Positions 37,601 to 50,548 are shown, numbered from the whole stretch's first letter. The stretch: 62,962 nucleotides of DNA, filler included, from Aduncisulcus paluster (GCA_024181965.1; 12 parts of 12 records of this genome joined end to end with filler, not necessarily neighbours in it); one strand, 5' to 3'. Notes: generated from the letters alone by a model not told the origin. A program made the numbers and translations.

Positions 37601-40600
37601 AATCACCCGTTGAGAGAGCAACCAGTGACCGCTGTGTGCCAATATCCACAGACGAGGAGAGATAGGAAGAAGCACTTGAGAAAATATCCTCGATATCAGT
37701 GGCTCTGAGATCAACAGTGAGATAATTGGAAGAAAGTTCCATGAGTATAACAGATTGAGAATTGCTATAAAGAGGAACCAAATCAAGAATTCGGTTGGAG
37801 GTCAAGATTAAACTGTAAAAACTTAGAGAATACAGTGGAAACAAATTATATACATAATTATATGAAACATCCAAGGAGAATAGTTGAGTAAAATCTAACA
37901 ATATATCCAAATCGACGATAGAATTCCAAGATATATCCAATATATTGAGGGAAGAAGCCAAGCAAGAAATGGAATCGAGGGACTCAATCCCATTGTATGA
38001 CATATTGAGGGATAAAAGAGAATTTTGTGAAGCACAGAGATCAGGAACTTTGTCAAAATAAATGTTTGAAATGTCAAGATATTGTAAAGCCGAAAAAGCC
38101 GACAAGAACTCAATTGACACAGCTGATAAATTTTGACAAGATCCAATATTAAGATCAATCAATGAAGCTACAAAAGGTTGAAGGGCTGATTCAATATCAT
38201 TCACATTTGATTCAGAAATATTGAGATATTTAAGGGAAGGAAGGTCCCTCAAGGGAGACATGTTGTCCAAATTTTGACACCCTGTCATATTTACCGTTTC
38301 AAGGTGGGTCAGATGAGCAATTCCATCAATAGAACGCAGCAAAGATGAGTTAGAGAGATCAATGGTTGTGATCTCAGAAGTAATGAATTGAAATTCCTCA
38401 AAACCTTCGACAATATCACTACCTGAGAGGTCTAAACTTGTAACTTTTGTCATATCCAATGGAGACACTGCGCACTCTGAAGGACGATCCATCGAAGGAT
38501 AAACAATATCAAACATTTCCCAACATAACTCCTCATCTTCGAATACAATGTACTCACATGAAGATCCTTTATATTTGGGAGCACATTCACATTCATGAGT
38601 TGACAAATTGCACTCACCATGGGAATCAATTGATGCAGAATACACTCCACACATGCCAGAAGAAGAATCCTCAGGATCTAACGCACACTCTAGGTCACAA
38701 TCAGGTCCGAACCACCCATCAAGACACCGTATTTCAGTCGTATCACCACTGAAGACACAACGTTCATGCAATGGAAGAAGACCAAAACAAGAATCATACA
38801 TCGAATTAGAGATTGACAACGGATTACATTGAATTGTCTGACTTGTTGTAAGATCCTCATAAAATCCATCAGAACAAACGAATTGCCATTCTCCTTCCCA
38901 AATCTCAGCACAAATCACACCCTCAACGTAAGAGAAAGTATCAGAACAGACACATTCATTCTCCTCAGAAATAAATGAATTAAGTCCCTGGAAGTCAGTA
39001 ATGGAAGAGGCACCACAAATGAGATTGTACGAGATATCCAAAGTCTCAAGAGAATCAAGGTAATTCATGATAGGAAAAGGGTCAAAAATAGAATTATGAG
39101 AAACATTCAAATCAGATAATGCTGATAATTGTGCGAGGAGATCCAACGAATCAACGGAATTATAACTGATATCGAGAGTAATCAGATCGTTATATTCATT
39201 CTGAAAGTGCAAAACCTCATATACATCCACAAGAGAATCACTCATAAGTACAGTGTCAATTTGAGTATATAAGGATGATATTTGAGAGAGTGAAGGAATA
39301 GCAGAGCTTGATATGTTAATGGAATGAAGCTCTGAGAGCGTACTAAGCTCAGAAATATCTTCAAGATTGAAATTATTGGAGAGGTCAATGGATGTAAGAT
39401 TCACCATAAACTCCACTCCTCTCAGAGAGACAATATCCACACTACTCAGATCCAATTCACCAACATTCTCAAGTTCACTCTGCAAGATATCATTACATTC
39501 TGCATCATGCCCTTGAAACAAATTACACAGAGCATATCTCAGATTGTCATCAGGGATCTTCACATATTGGCATGCATTCCCAAAATAAGCATCAAGACAA
39601 ATACAAGTATCTGCAGAACAAGTTCCATGATCAGAGCCAGAACACACTTTTCCATCAGCATAGGGGCACAAACTATCACAAGAATCTCCATAATAGCCAC
39701 TTAGACACTGACATACACCATCTGAATTGAGCTCAGCGTGTGTCATACAAGAACAGGTGCCTTCAACACACGACCCTTTCCCACACCTTACATTATCAGA
39801 ATCCAAAGGACATGTAACTTCAGAGCAGTCATCACCCAAATAACCAGAGCGACAAGCACACTGAACCTCGGAATCTAGAGTCTCACGAATCGGAATCATG
39901 TTTTGTTTCTCACAGATATTAGCTCTAGAATAATCAACATCAGTTTCCAACTCCACACAGTCACCATCCACAAGAGCCCAACCCTGCCAGCACTCCTTGT
40001 TCCAATAATCCTCATAAATCTCCCGACAAACCATCCGATTATCCGTCAAGGTACTCTCATCATCACACATACATGTCTGCGTTGAATATACAAACGAATA
40101 TGAATCAAAATTCGTCTGAGAAGTGAGATAATCAACGAATTTATCAATATCACAAATGTAATTAGCATCAATTGCAATATCAATTCCATTCAGAAATTTA
40201 TATCTCAAAAGTCCAGACAAATCCGAAATCATATTGTCCTGCAAACTTAACTTTTTAATAGGCATCTCAAATTTACCCGTGAAAATTCTATTTGACATCT
40301 CAAAAATATCTTCAAACGCCTTAATACCACAAGAAACGAGTGAAAGTTCATCAAGAGTATTCATTGACGTTAGAAATTGCAACGTTCTACGATCTTGGAC
40401 TTTGTTTTCAGCATAATAATCTTCTTTACCAAGATCATACCCGGACAAAGAGAGGATTTGGATGCCAGTCATGAATTCCAATCCATTCAGAGTGGTAATA
40501 TCAGTAGAGATGGAGGACAGATCGACCTCTGCCAGGGTTGTTCTCAGAGTTGGAATGGTAAATACCCCATTATCAGCAGGAGTAAGAGCAGCAGATTCAC

Positions 40601-41625
40601 CCAAATATGTGCGAATGTATTCGTCATGAATTGAATGACAAACGAATCCCTCGTCACCATCCAATTCAACCTTGAGAGCAATGTTTGAACATTGAATGAT
40701 ATCGAGATGTGGGTTATACACCTCATTCAGGGAAACATATGGACAAATTGATTCATCATCAGAGGTACACACATTGGAATAGAAACACGTCGAAGGATCG
40801 GGGAAAGAATCTAAGTGTGGAAAAACACCATTATAGAAAGATTCCAATTCAGTGGAATCTTCTGCGTGACAATTACTGAAAATATTATCCCCGAAAACAA
40901 GAGTGCTGAGGCTTGTGTGCTGATAAAGAGGGGAAAAGTCAAAAAGACCACTCTTTCCAATGGTTAAAATGGTACTTAAGTAGAACAACCCTTTAATAGG
41001 ACTCAAATCATAGAAATTTGGATTGGAACCGTAGAATCCAATATAATTCAGCATGGGTAAATCATAAATTGAATTGATATCGGTCAAACCAGACTCATAT
41101 ATTGAGAGACTCCCAAGCTGATATAGATTCTCAATTCCAACGATCGAATTGATATCAGCAAGAGTGTCTCCCGAACCGATTTCCAATTGTGTAAGTTCAG
41201 CGAACTCAAATATATCAACATCACAAATAACAGCACCATGTCCAGTGGCCTCACAGATATTCTTTCGGACATCAATATCCTCAATGAAGACCTTGTATGG
41301 GGTATCAACACAGTAACCACTCACAAGCATGGATGAAGCATCACAGATACACGTGTTTGAAACGAGATCACAGGTCCCTCCACTTCCGCATATCACTCCA
41401 TCAGGATTTGATGGACATGTTCGCACAGTACACTTGGGTCCACTCAGTCCATTCCGACACACGGCTGACACATCAGAAGCCCCATCTTCCTTAATACATC
41501 GATAACTTTGAGAAGACTCGTGTTCACACCATCGGCAGATCGCTGCTGCGCTATCTGTCAGTGCCAACAGACATGAAGACGATTCAACATCAAAGTAATA
41601 GCCAACCCAACATTCAACTTGCCAG
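34691..41625 (-). CDS. giant LRR + EGF/Cys-rich type I membrane protein (more than 2300 aa, partial at both ends)
   Basis: Alternating internalin-like LRR blocks and EGF modules, TM IGLIIFLIFVMLICIGVGVIGIILFY-RQKK, cytoplasmic tail; frame open to 41625 (WQVECWVGYY). Confidence 0.9.
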
Positions 41626-41725
41626 NNNNNNNNNNNNNNNNNNNNNNNNNNNNNNNNNNNNNNNNNNNNTTAATTAATTAANNNNNNNNNNNNNNNNNNN
41701 NNNNNNNNNNNNNNNNNNNNNNNNN

Positions 41726-44182
41726 GTGGAAAGTGTCAAGTCAAACGGATAAATCAAAGTTAACTTCAGATCCTCACACTTGTGTACCATTATTGGAGCA
41801 TGCTTCTGAATGTGGTGGGATTGGGTGTGAGTGTGATAAAGGGAAAGGGATGCAAGAGAAAGAATTATCTGATATTTCACATTTACTTGATTATGATCTT
41901 TTGCGGCCTTTTGACTCTTTATCGGGAGAATTTTTACGCTCTCACACATTCCTATGTCCAATAGAAAAAGTATCTCACATATCACACTGTCCATATTGCT
42001 CTAATTCCAAAGGATCATGTGTTTTATTTGAATCTTACAAACCATTCTTCGCTTATTTCCTCTCTTTGTCACTCTATTTGACTTGTTTAACCCCTAACGT
42101 CTCGATTCGTGAGAAATGTGAACATATCATTTTTGCTTCCGTAATTCCCTACCCTAATTCATTCGTTTTACCTTCTGTTGGCGCTACTTTCCTTCTTGGA
42201 ATGAATCATATGGAGAAAAGTCCGTTAAATTTTGTTCATGATGAGTCAAATATTCTTATTCCTCCAATTTTAGAGCCTCTTATTTGCCATTTCCCATCTT
42301 ATTCATCAATTTCTGATCATGTTTCTCAAAAATCTATTCTTGGATCAGTTAATAATCATGCTCGTTTTTCTTTGGGTGCTGATTGCAAGCAAATGGACCA
42401 CAAACGTCTCCCTCCTGCAGTTTTGAACTCTCTATCTCTCATTATTAGTGTTTTGCGTCATAATCGGTCACTTTTCATCTGTCCATATGTTTCAATTGAG
42501 TGTGTGAAGCTATTATTGTCGATGATTGGTCTTCCCCACAATCACTTGAGACCCCTTGCCCAAGCCTGTGTTCTTCATGTCCGTGAATGGATTGATATTA
42601 TTCGAGATCCCCATTGTGTGTGTAATGAACGTCCTTCATCCACCGTATCGATATTGGATAAGATGTATTCTTTGTCATTCGCTGAGATGGTGTGTCGGTC
42701 TGGGCTGTTGAGTACACGAATGGGTGAATCATATGAAGAACTGATCACTTCAGATTCACTTTCTTTGCTCGACTGTGGCGCTGGTTATACAAAATCTAGA
42801 GAAAGATTTTTCCAACATGGAGAGGATTCCTTTTTGTCCATTTTCTCCGAGCCTTCAAAATCTGTTCTTTCTCTATGTTCTGGTGAGGTTGGAGGCGTTG
42901 GACAAGCATGGGAAACGATGATGATGCAACTCTATCAGGAAGGATATGAGAGATCATTGAGTGATATTCATGAAATGGGGGATATGAAGGTGACTACTAG
43001 TACATTAGATCCTTATTCAAGTGCTTCAAGGTGTTTATCTGTCACCAATCCAAGATTTTCAATCCCACCTTCTCTTGATATCTCACTTTCCACCTTATCA
43101 TTATGTAGATTGTCCGCTGAAGAATTGGAACAAAAAATGAGTCAGTCCCGTACCTTGACCCAACAAAAAATTTCTCCAGCACCCAGATTCACTGTGTTTA
43201 AGGAGCCCCGTTCCAAAGGAAAAACCTTAAAAAATGGTGAATATGATCATTTGCATGTGAAACATCATGGAAGAGCCCATAATATCATTGTACTTGCTTC
43301 TCTTCTGGAAAAACCTGTGAATATGGGTGGATTGTGCCGAGCATGTGAGATTCTTGGAATCCAAGAGCTTGTTTTGCCGGATCGAAGTGTTTTGCGCAAT
43401 TCTGACTTCCGTTCTGCCGCCGTTTCATCAAGTTCACATCAACCTCTGCGCTTTATNNNNNNNNNNNNNNNNNNNNAATTTCTCCAGCACCCAGATTCAC
43501 TGTGTTTAAGGAGCCCCGTTCCAAAGGAAAAACCTTAAAAAATGGTGAATATGATCATTTGCATGTGAAACATCATGGAAGAGCCCATAATATCATTGTA
43601 CTTGCTTCTCTTCTGGAAAAACCTGTGAATATGGGTGGATTGTGCCGAGCATGTGAGATTCTTGGAATCCAAGAGCTTGTTTTGCCGGATCGAAGTGTTT
43701 TGCGCAATTCTGACTTCCGTTCTGCCGCCGTTTCATCAAGTTCACATCAACCTCTGCGCTTTATTAACAGACTCAAATCGATTGAAAGTTATATTGATGA
43801 GCTGAAACAACAATCGTATCGAATTGTTGCCCTTGAACAAGCCTCCGAGAGTGTTTCACTCGAACAATATGATTTTGTCTCTGTTTTGGGCAAACAGTTG
43901 GCTCAACAAGAAGAAGGATTTGGACAACAACCAGTCAAATCTCAGTCCGTGTCATCTCAAGGCACTCGAGGTATTGTTGTCCTTGTTGGTAATGAAAGGA
44001 AAGGTGTTCCATCTGATCTGTTACGATGTGTAGATGATGTGATAGAGATCCCATGCTTTGGAACTGTGAGATCATTCAATGCCAGAGTTGCCACTGTCTT
44101 GGTATTATGGGAATGCATTGCGCAATTGAGAAGAAATGAAGCTCGTGTTGGTGGCACCAAGATCCGTACTTTTGGATCATAA
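41726..44182 (+). CDS. TRM3: tRNA (Gm18) 2'-O-methyltransferase, Trm3/TARBP1-type with C-terminal SpoU domain (5' partial, split by a gap duplication)
   Basis: IIVLASLLEKPVNMGGLCRACEILG, ALEQ, LVGNERKGVP, IEIP..GTVRSFN match the TARBP1/Trm3 SPOUT motifs. Confidence 0.85.
43169..43764. repeat. gap-flanking duplication (43169-43456 vs 43477-43764)
   Basis: Offset 308 around N 43457-43476. Confidence 0.9.
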
Positions 44183-44301
44183 GATTGGATCGATCTGTCG
44201 AACTTACCCAACATTATTGAGCAATAAAAAAGACCATTATTCATTTTTGATTGTATGATCTCTCTCTCCGCTCCAACAAGATTATCCCATTGGTTTAAAG
44301 T

Positions 44302-44922
44302 TTAAACAATTTGACAATGTTTTCCTTTCGATTCTCCTCTTCCTCTTTTCTGTTTGACCTTTTTCATTCTTTTCCTCCATGCTTCTTGATCGTATTCTTC
44401 AAACGAACAACATAATGATCCCTGTTCAAACATCACTTCAACACCTCCACCTGTGCGTTCAATCAGATCATACACAGATTGTCTCAAGGATCTCTCATCA
44501 TCAAGTGGTATCTTTACAAGCATGTGTTGGGGAAGAGTGTATTGGATAAGAGAAGAATACGTGAGGATATCTTGAGAACTCGATCCATCACGTTTAAGAA
44601 CATGTTGGATTTGTATTTGCATTTCTTTTCCGGTGATAATATCGTAAAAACAAGAATCTTTGGGTTCGTAATATGGAATGGTTTTATGCAATTCTATGGC
44701 AGAACATACATGGAAAGCGTATGAATATCCATCTTTCTTCGGACATAAAGATGTCTCAATAGAAGGAATAAATGCAATCATTGGAACAGAACGGAAATAT
44801 GAAGAAGATACGAAGGAGCAAATGTTGGAAAGGTATTGGTTATAAGAATGAGTTGCATAATAACTCTTTTCGTGTTCTCTACACCATATCATGTCGGTAT
44901 CATATTTAGGAGATAGTTGAGG
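44302..44922 (-). CDS. lineage-specific family protein, C-terminus (5' partial); paralog of 50826-51894
   Basis: IPSIET, SSLIQYTLPQHMLV, ERSLRQSVYDLIERTG and FEEYDQEAWR shared with the other copy. Confidence 0.75.
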   Translation of the reverse strand, partial: PQLSPKYDTDMIWCREHEKSYYATHSYNQYLSNICSFVSSSYFRSVPMIAFIPSIETSLCPKKDGYSYAFHVCSAIELHKTIPYYEPKDSCFYDIITGKEMQIQIQHVLKRDGSSSQDILTYSSLIQYTLPQHMLVKIPLDDERSLRQSVYDLIERTGGGVEVMFEQGSLCCSFEEYDQEAWRKRMKKVKQKRGRGESKGKHCQIV

Positions 44923-45022
44923 NNNNNNNNNNNNNNNNNNNNNNNNNNNNNNNNNNNNNNNNNNNNTTAATTAATTAANNNNNNNNNNNNNNNNNNNNNN
45001 NNNNNNNNNNNNNNNNNNNNNN

Positions 45023-45553
45023 GATTTTCATCGATAATAAGATGTTCCAGTTTTTTGCAGAAGAATAGAGGTTTGAGTTGGTCAATGTTGGAAATTCGAT
45101 TGTTATGGAGATTAAGACATTTTAATGATGGCATAAATATCGAAATATAATATGAAATCGTGAAAATATTGTTATCGGCTAAAAATAGCGAAGATATGCG
45201 CGGCATAAGAGGAAAGCCAGATAATGATGAAATTGAATTTCTATTTAAATCTATGCAATCATATTTCGACTACATAATAGTTTTAAATGAAAATTAATGA
45301 ATAATAAAGTTCAATATTAAAATAGAAGAGATATAAAAAATCGATTAGAATGGACACAAGAAATGGGTCGGAAAATAGAACATGTAACAAATAATAGTGA
45401 GTAATTTCTAGATTATAAAACAACAATGAGATATTTTCTTGTGATATTAGAAGTAACACATACAGATAATAGATGGAACGATTTAATCTTGGTTCTACCC
45501 TGTCGTTCCCCGATACATGAAACGTATTCTGTTGCAGAGGAGAAATATTGCAT
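45023..45553 (-). CDS. U2 snRNP A'-like LRR protein, spliced (exons approximately 45553-45464 and 45269-45023; 3' partial)
   Basis: Downstream exon reads SKYDCIDLNRNSISSLSGFPLMPRISSLFLADNNI..MPSLKCLNLHNNRISNIDQLKPL, aligning by eye with U2A' (DAIDFSDNEI..LDGFPLL); the first exon and start are less certain. Confidence 0.7.
45270..45463 (-). other. putative spliceosomal intron (194 nt, GTATGT...TAG)
   Basis: GTATGT donor at 45463, AT-rich body, TAG acceptor at 45270; phase-0 join keeps the frame. Confidence 0.55.
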
Positions 45554-46278
45554 CTGATACGAGATCAAGAAAACGGGTGAACCGACAAATTGGATGCTTG
45601 TTTTGAAAAATTAAGAAGATAGTTGGCAGACTCATAAGATATGGATAAAATGGACAAATTAACAGTGTCTTCTTGTAACACCCCTAAACTTGATTGATTT
45701 GGAATTGTGAACTTAAAGGCCTCTCGAAGAAGAGTCAAATTAAACTTGGAATGTTTTTTCTTCTGGTGTTTTCCCATGGCAAAGTGATGGAACAAAAGAA
45801 AATGTCATTTCTGGATGTCGAATTCATTGTAGGCCGAAAATGTCTTTATCAAATCTTATTAAACTTAAAAAGTTGTTACTAAATAGTTATTCAAGTTCAC
45901 TCGGAAGTTCTGATCTCTGATGTCTGCCAGACAGATCACAGTGATCATTCAGTCAATTAGTTAAGTTAGGATATTAGTTAACTAGTTTCACTGGTCTACA
46001 AAAAAAGATGTAATGTTTTTTTTTCGTTAATTTTAGTGAATTTGAGTTCATGGCGACCCTATCTGGAACAAAACAAAAGATGAAACAACATTACCGCGTT
46101 TGACCATTTGATGGATTGTTGGAGAAGATATTATCAAAATTATTTAATATAATATCTCAGAAAGAATTTTATAGAATTCTATAGCTGTTCAGAATGTTCA
46201 GAATCGGTTCCAAACGCTTGAAACGTGAAAGTCGAGCAAGAAGGATATTCCATTGGATTAAGAATATGATAATATGAT

Positions 46279-46740
46279 AATAAAAACATAATCAAATCAA
46301 ACAAAGAAAATTCTTTTCAGAATACCCACTTCATTGCAGCATTATCGTCCCAGAATCATCAAACAATATCGACAATCGGATTATACAACAACAATAACAC
46401 CTGGCAACAATAATACCGTTAAGAATGACAACACAACATGGAATTGCAGATGAATCCAAGAAGAAGCTCGAATATCATGGTCGATATGGAGGATAAATCN
46501 NNNNNNNNNNNNNNNNNNNAATAAAAACATAATCAAATCAAACAAAGAAAATTCTTTTCAGAATACCCACTTCATTGCAGCATTATCGTCCCAGAATCAT
46601 CAAACAATATCGACAATCGGATTATACAACAACAATAACACCTGGCAACAATAATACCGTTAAGAATGACAACACAACATGGAATTGCAGATGAATCCAA
46701 GAAGAAGCTCGAATATCATGGTCGATATGGAGGATAAATC
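46279..46740. repeat. gap-flanking duplication (46279-46499 vs 46520-46740)
   Basis: Offset 241 around N 46500-46519. Confidence 0.9.
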
Positions 46741-47020
46741 AACCATAGATCTAGAAATAGCAAATCATACTTTCAAGACCCAATCCAAACAATGGGCACA
46801 AAACAACAATAAAAACCACGCCAAAAAACATTTCAAACAAGATCTTGTCCCATAAAATGAAAATAAAAACGTCTGACTCAGCCTGGGCTCGAACAAAACC
46901 AGACAAAATTCTCATCACGATCCAGAGCATGCATGTTCTGCTCCACAAGACACGGCACCAAGTGGGGGTGGGGGCATGTTTATTCATGGAGTTAGATTTT
47001 TAGTTCTGAATATTTCTTTT

Positions 47021-47071
47021 ATCATCATTATCATCTTAGTATCATTATCATCATTATCATCTTAGTATCAT
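47021..47071. repeat. 2 x 26-nt tandem repeat ATCATCATTATCATCTTAGTATCATT
   Basis: Read directly. Confidence 0.85.
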
Positions 47072-47629
47072 AAATCATCTTTATTTATCCACAACAAGAC
47101 AAGACGGGACAGAAAAACAACAAAAAATAAAGTTCAAAGTTCTTTGGAGTTGCATACGGTACGACTATAGGAACTCTATCCTCATCTGCGGGTGATGCGA
47201 CAGAAAACAGGGGGGGCAACAAAACAGAATGGGGCAATCAATGTAGTATTCGAGATGGCAATGACAATGATGGAGGGGGGAAGTACAACATACAATCGGT
47301 GTTCAAATAGATCAAATATGATTCATCCACTCATCAATTAACAGCAACATTCATTCCAGTCACACGTGATTCAATCAATTCAATCAATATGACACGGTGA
47401 CATATGACATATGTGGCTGCCTACTTGTATTTTTCTCTAAGAGAAGACATAGAGGTAATGAAAAGAAAGGAAAGGCATTGAAGGATGAAAGGGCAGTGTG
47501 AGACTCAAAAACTTTTTGAGAGGGGTGCAATACTAATCCAGCGCAGTTGTACAAAAAAAAAAATAAAAAGAACGACGAGGAGTCGAGAGTTCAGAATCTA
47601 ACAAAGCTTACATAAAAAATAAGGAATAG

Positions 47630-48158
47630 TATGAAAACTCTGAAACCTCTACTCGAGTCCATTTCTCACCCAACAAACAGATCTCTGCGCACCATACGCA
47701 CAGCCTTGCTCTCGTGGTGGACACTGACAGCCCCTGTAATCACCTTCAAGGGCAGCCTCAAGCCACCTTGCATACTCAACACACTGGTCTGGCTGGAGGG
47801 AACGTTGGCAAGAGAGAAGAAAGAAAGAAACCATGGCGATGTCTTGTTCCACCGACAAACGAGAAGGCTTTCAGCTCAATGAAGCATGGAGGTCCCAAAC
47901 GAATGAGTTTGACATACCCAGGAATGTCTTCACGACGGCAATTCAGCTTCTTAATGACAGTGATTCGGATGGCTGTCCTCTCTTGACGGGTGGATAAAAT
48001 GGACAGAACTCTCGTTCAATCGGCGCCAGGCGTCAGTTTTGCCGACATAGGGACGGTCGATTTCGGCTAATGTGTCCGGGTCAGCAGCGTCAACAGAGAG
48101 GTACAACTGGGTGACAGGGGGGCATGGCCTTGAGTTTCTCGGGGAGCTGGGAGTTCGA
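47630..48158 (-). pseudogene. TYW1: TYW1/Taw1 radical-SAM wyosine synthase C-terminal region, multiply frameshifted (5' partial)
   Basis: Across frames: SNSQLPEKLKAMPP/VTQLYLSVDAADPDTLAEIDRP..DAWRRLNES/LSILSTRQERTAIRITVIKKLN..GYVKLIRLGPPCFIELKAFSFVG; matches TYW1 TQLYxSVDA, IDRP, RT.xR.T, FIExK. Confidence 0.8.
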
Positions 48159-48258
48159 NNNNNNNNNNNNNNNNNNNNNNNNNNNNNNNNNNNNNNNNNN
48201 NNTTAATTAATTAANNNNNNNNNNNNNNNNNNNNNNNNNNNNNNNNNNNNNNNNNNNN

Positions 48259-50548
48259 AGGAAGAGGAAGATAAGGAAAAGAAAGGTAGAAAGGAAGCAA
48301 AAGGAAAGAAAAATAACAAACATATATCTTCTCGTTCTAAAGCCAAGAAGTCAAAGTCAAAGAGAATTACTAAGAGTTCGGCTGCAGATTCTATATTTAG
48401 CGCTTTCAAGGTGGCTGATTTCACAATTAAGGAAGGAGAGGTCACAAATCCGATTCTTTCATCTTCGTCCTCCTCCTCTTCCGCTGGTGGAAAAGCTGGC
48501 TTTTGGCGTGCACTGTTGGGTGAAGTTGAAGCTAAACGTCGAGAAGAAGAGCGTTTGGCACATGAAGAAAAAATGAATGCCCGTCAAAAGCGGAAGGATG
48601 CTATGTTTTTGAAGGTACCCAAGTACGACTATGATAATGCTGAAGATAACGACGTTTTTACAATGAATGAAGAGAATGCAAAGCAAGAGGAAGAAAATGA
48701 ACGCAAGGACGCAGAGGCTTTGAAAAAACAGGCCCTCATGACAAAAGAATCCGATGTTGAACGTAAAACGTCCCGGACAACAATTATTCAGCCAAGTTCT
48801 AGTGCGATTCAAGCCCAGAAAAAGATGGATCTTGTTAGTACGGGTCTTGTTCAAGCCCAAGCGCGTCCTAATGAGCCTTCAAAAGTGTCTTCCGCTCAGC
48901 AATTGAAGATAGCAATGCAACAAAACTATCTTAAATCTCTTGAGAAAATCAATACCATCATGACTCCTGCTCACCGCATTGTTCTTCTGCAGCTTTCCAT
49001 CTGTGTGTGCAGATTCCAACAACTTTCTTCAGTGTGGACGCATCTTCAATCTTTCCACTTCAATGGATTGTTGGGCACTGAGGCGAAGGTACTAAAAGTT
49101 TACAAACCTGAGATTTTGAGTTTTGTATCCAGTAGGTTATTGGAGAATATTTCTGATATTATTCATGGGAAGGTAACTCAATCCATGGTTCAGTGTGGTG
49201 TGTTCCCCACAAATAAGTGGCCTGTCGAGCCTCTTTACTTCACAATTCCACTCTATCAAATAGTTTTGGCTGTTCGTCAAACAACGGTCATGGACCGTGT
49301 CAGAATCATGTTTAGGTCATCTCTGTCTGATGCTGACTATCGAACTGTCTTTCCCTTGACTTGTCCTTCGATGACAACTTCCAAGACTTCCTCTTCATGG
49401 ATCAAGCAAATGCACGCATGGTCGATCAAGGGAAGGGAGCTTGCTGAAACTAAACAAGGTCGAAGAAGTTTGTATGATCCTGAGATTTGGCCCAAACTGA
49501 AATATTTCATCCATTCAAAGGATTTATTATATAAAATATGGATAAATCGGAAAGGTTTGTCTCTTTCCTTGATCAGCAGACACACCGATCCTGCCGTGGA
49601 AGCTGTGATTAGGGTTCATTTATCGATCTTGGAAGAAAGAAAGGCTAAACTTGATTCTCATCTTGTTGAATATGAAACTTGGGTGAGAGAACATCCGAAG
49701 GCTCCACCCTCAGAATCCCCATCGCATCCTTCAAGAGAAAATATCCAAAGGATATCATCCGAAATCCGAATGTGGTCCATTCTTTGTGATGTTGCTAAAA
49801 CTTCTGGGGATGCCTGGTTTGTGGATAAAGATAAGAATTTGTGGGACATGCGACTGTTGATTGGGCTATTTAGATATTACTCGCCGAATGGTTTATTGCA
49901 GACTTTGAGTATGGTTTGTGATGATGTCACTCTTGGAATCGGGAGTGCAGCCCTTGTGAAGGAACAATACACAATGTTCTTAAAATGGAGGGAAGACATT
50001 CACATGAAGCAAGCTTTGGTTGCTAAAAAGCAAGAAAAGGGTGAAACTCTGACTTCAGAAGATGAAATGATCTTATCCGTCAACACTTCACAATATCCAA
50101 GTCATATTTTGACTATAAAAGANNNNNNNNNNNNNNNNNNNNGTTTGTGGATAAAGATAAGAATTTGTGGGACATGCGACTGTTGATTGGGCTATTTAGA
50201 TATTACTCGCCGAATGGTTTATTGCCGACTTTGAGTATGGTTTGTGATGATGTCACTCTTGGAATCGGGAGTGCAGCCCTTGTGAAGGAACAATACACAA
50301 TGTTCTTAAAATGGAGGGAAGACATTCACATGAAGCAAGCTTTGGTTGCTAAAAAGCAAGAAAAGGGTGAAACTCTGACTTCAGAAGATGAAATGATCTT
50401 ATCCGTCAACACTTCACAATATCCAAGTCATATTTTGACTATAAAAGACAAGATAAAGGTTGAAGATCTTGCAAAGAGTTTGTTTGGGCATACTCAGGCA
50501 TTATTGAACTTGATATATGTCCTCACCAACCAACAGCCCCAATTGTAA
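48259..50548 (+). CDS. probable CHD-family chromatin remodeller, C-terminal region (5' partial, split by a gap duplication)
   Basis: FSAFKVADF...FWRALL...RQKRK post-helicase motif and SLIDE-like W..D.RLLIGLFRYY...D.TL. Confidence 0.55.
49817..50448. repeat. gap-flanking duplication (49817-50122 vs 50143-50448), one substitution
   Basis: Offset 326; TTGCAGACT vs TTGCCGACT (Q/P). Confidence 0.9.

Noticed and set aside
47630-48158. Programmed frameshifting or RNA editing as the explanation for the TYW1 breaks
   Set aside because: Several extra bases in homopolymers near a contig end are more simply explained by read error; no recoding signal seen
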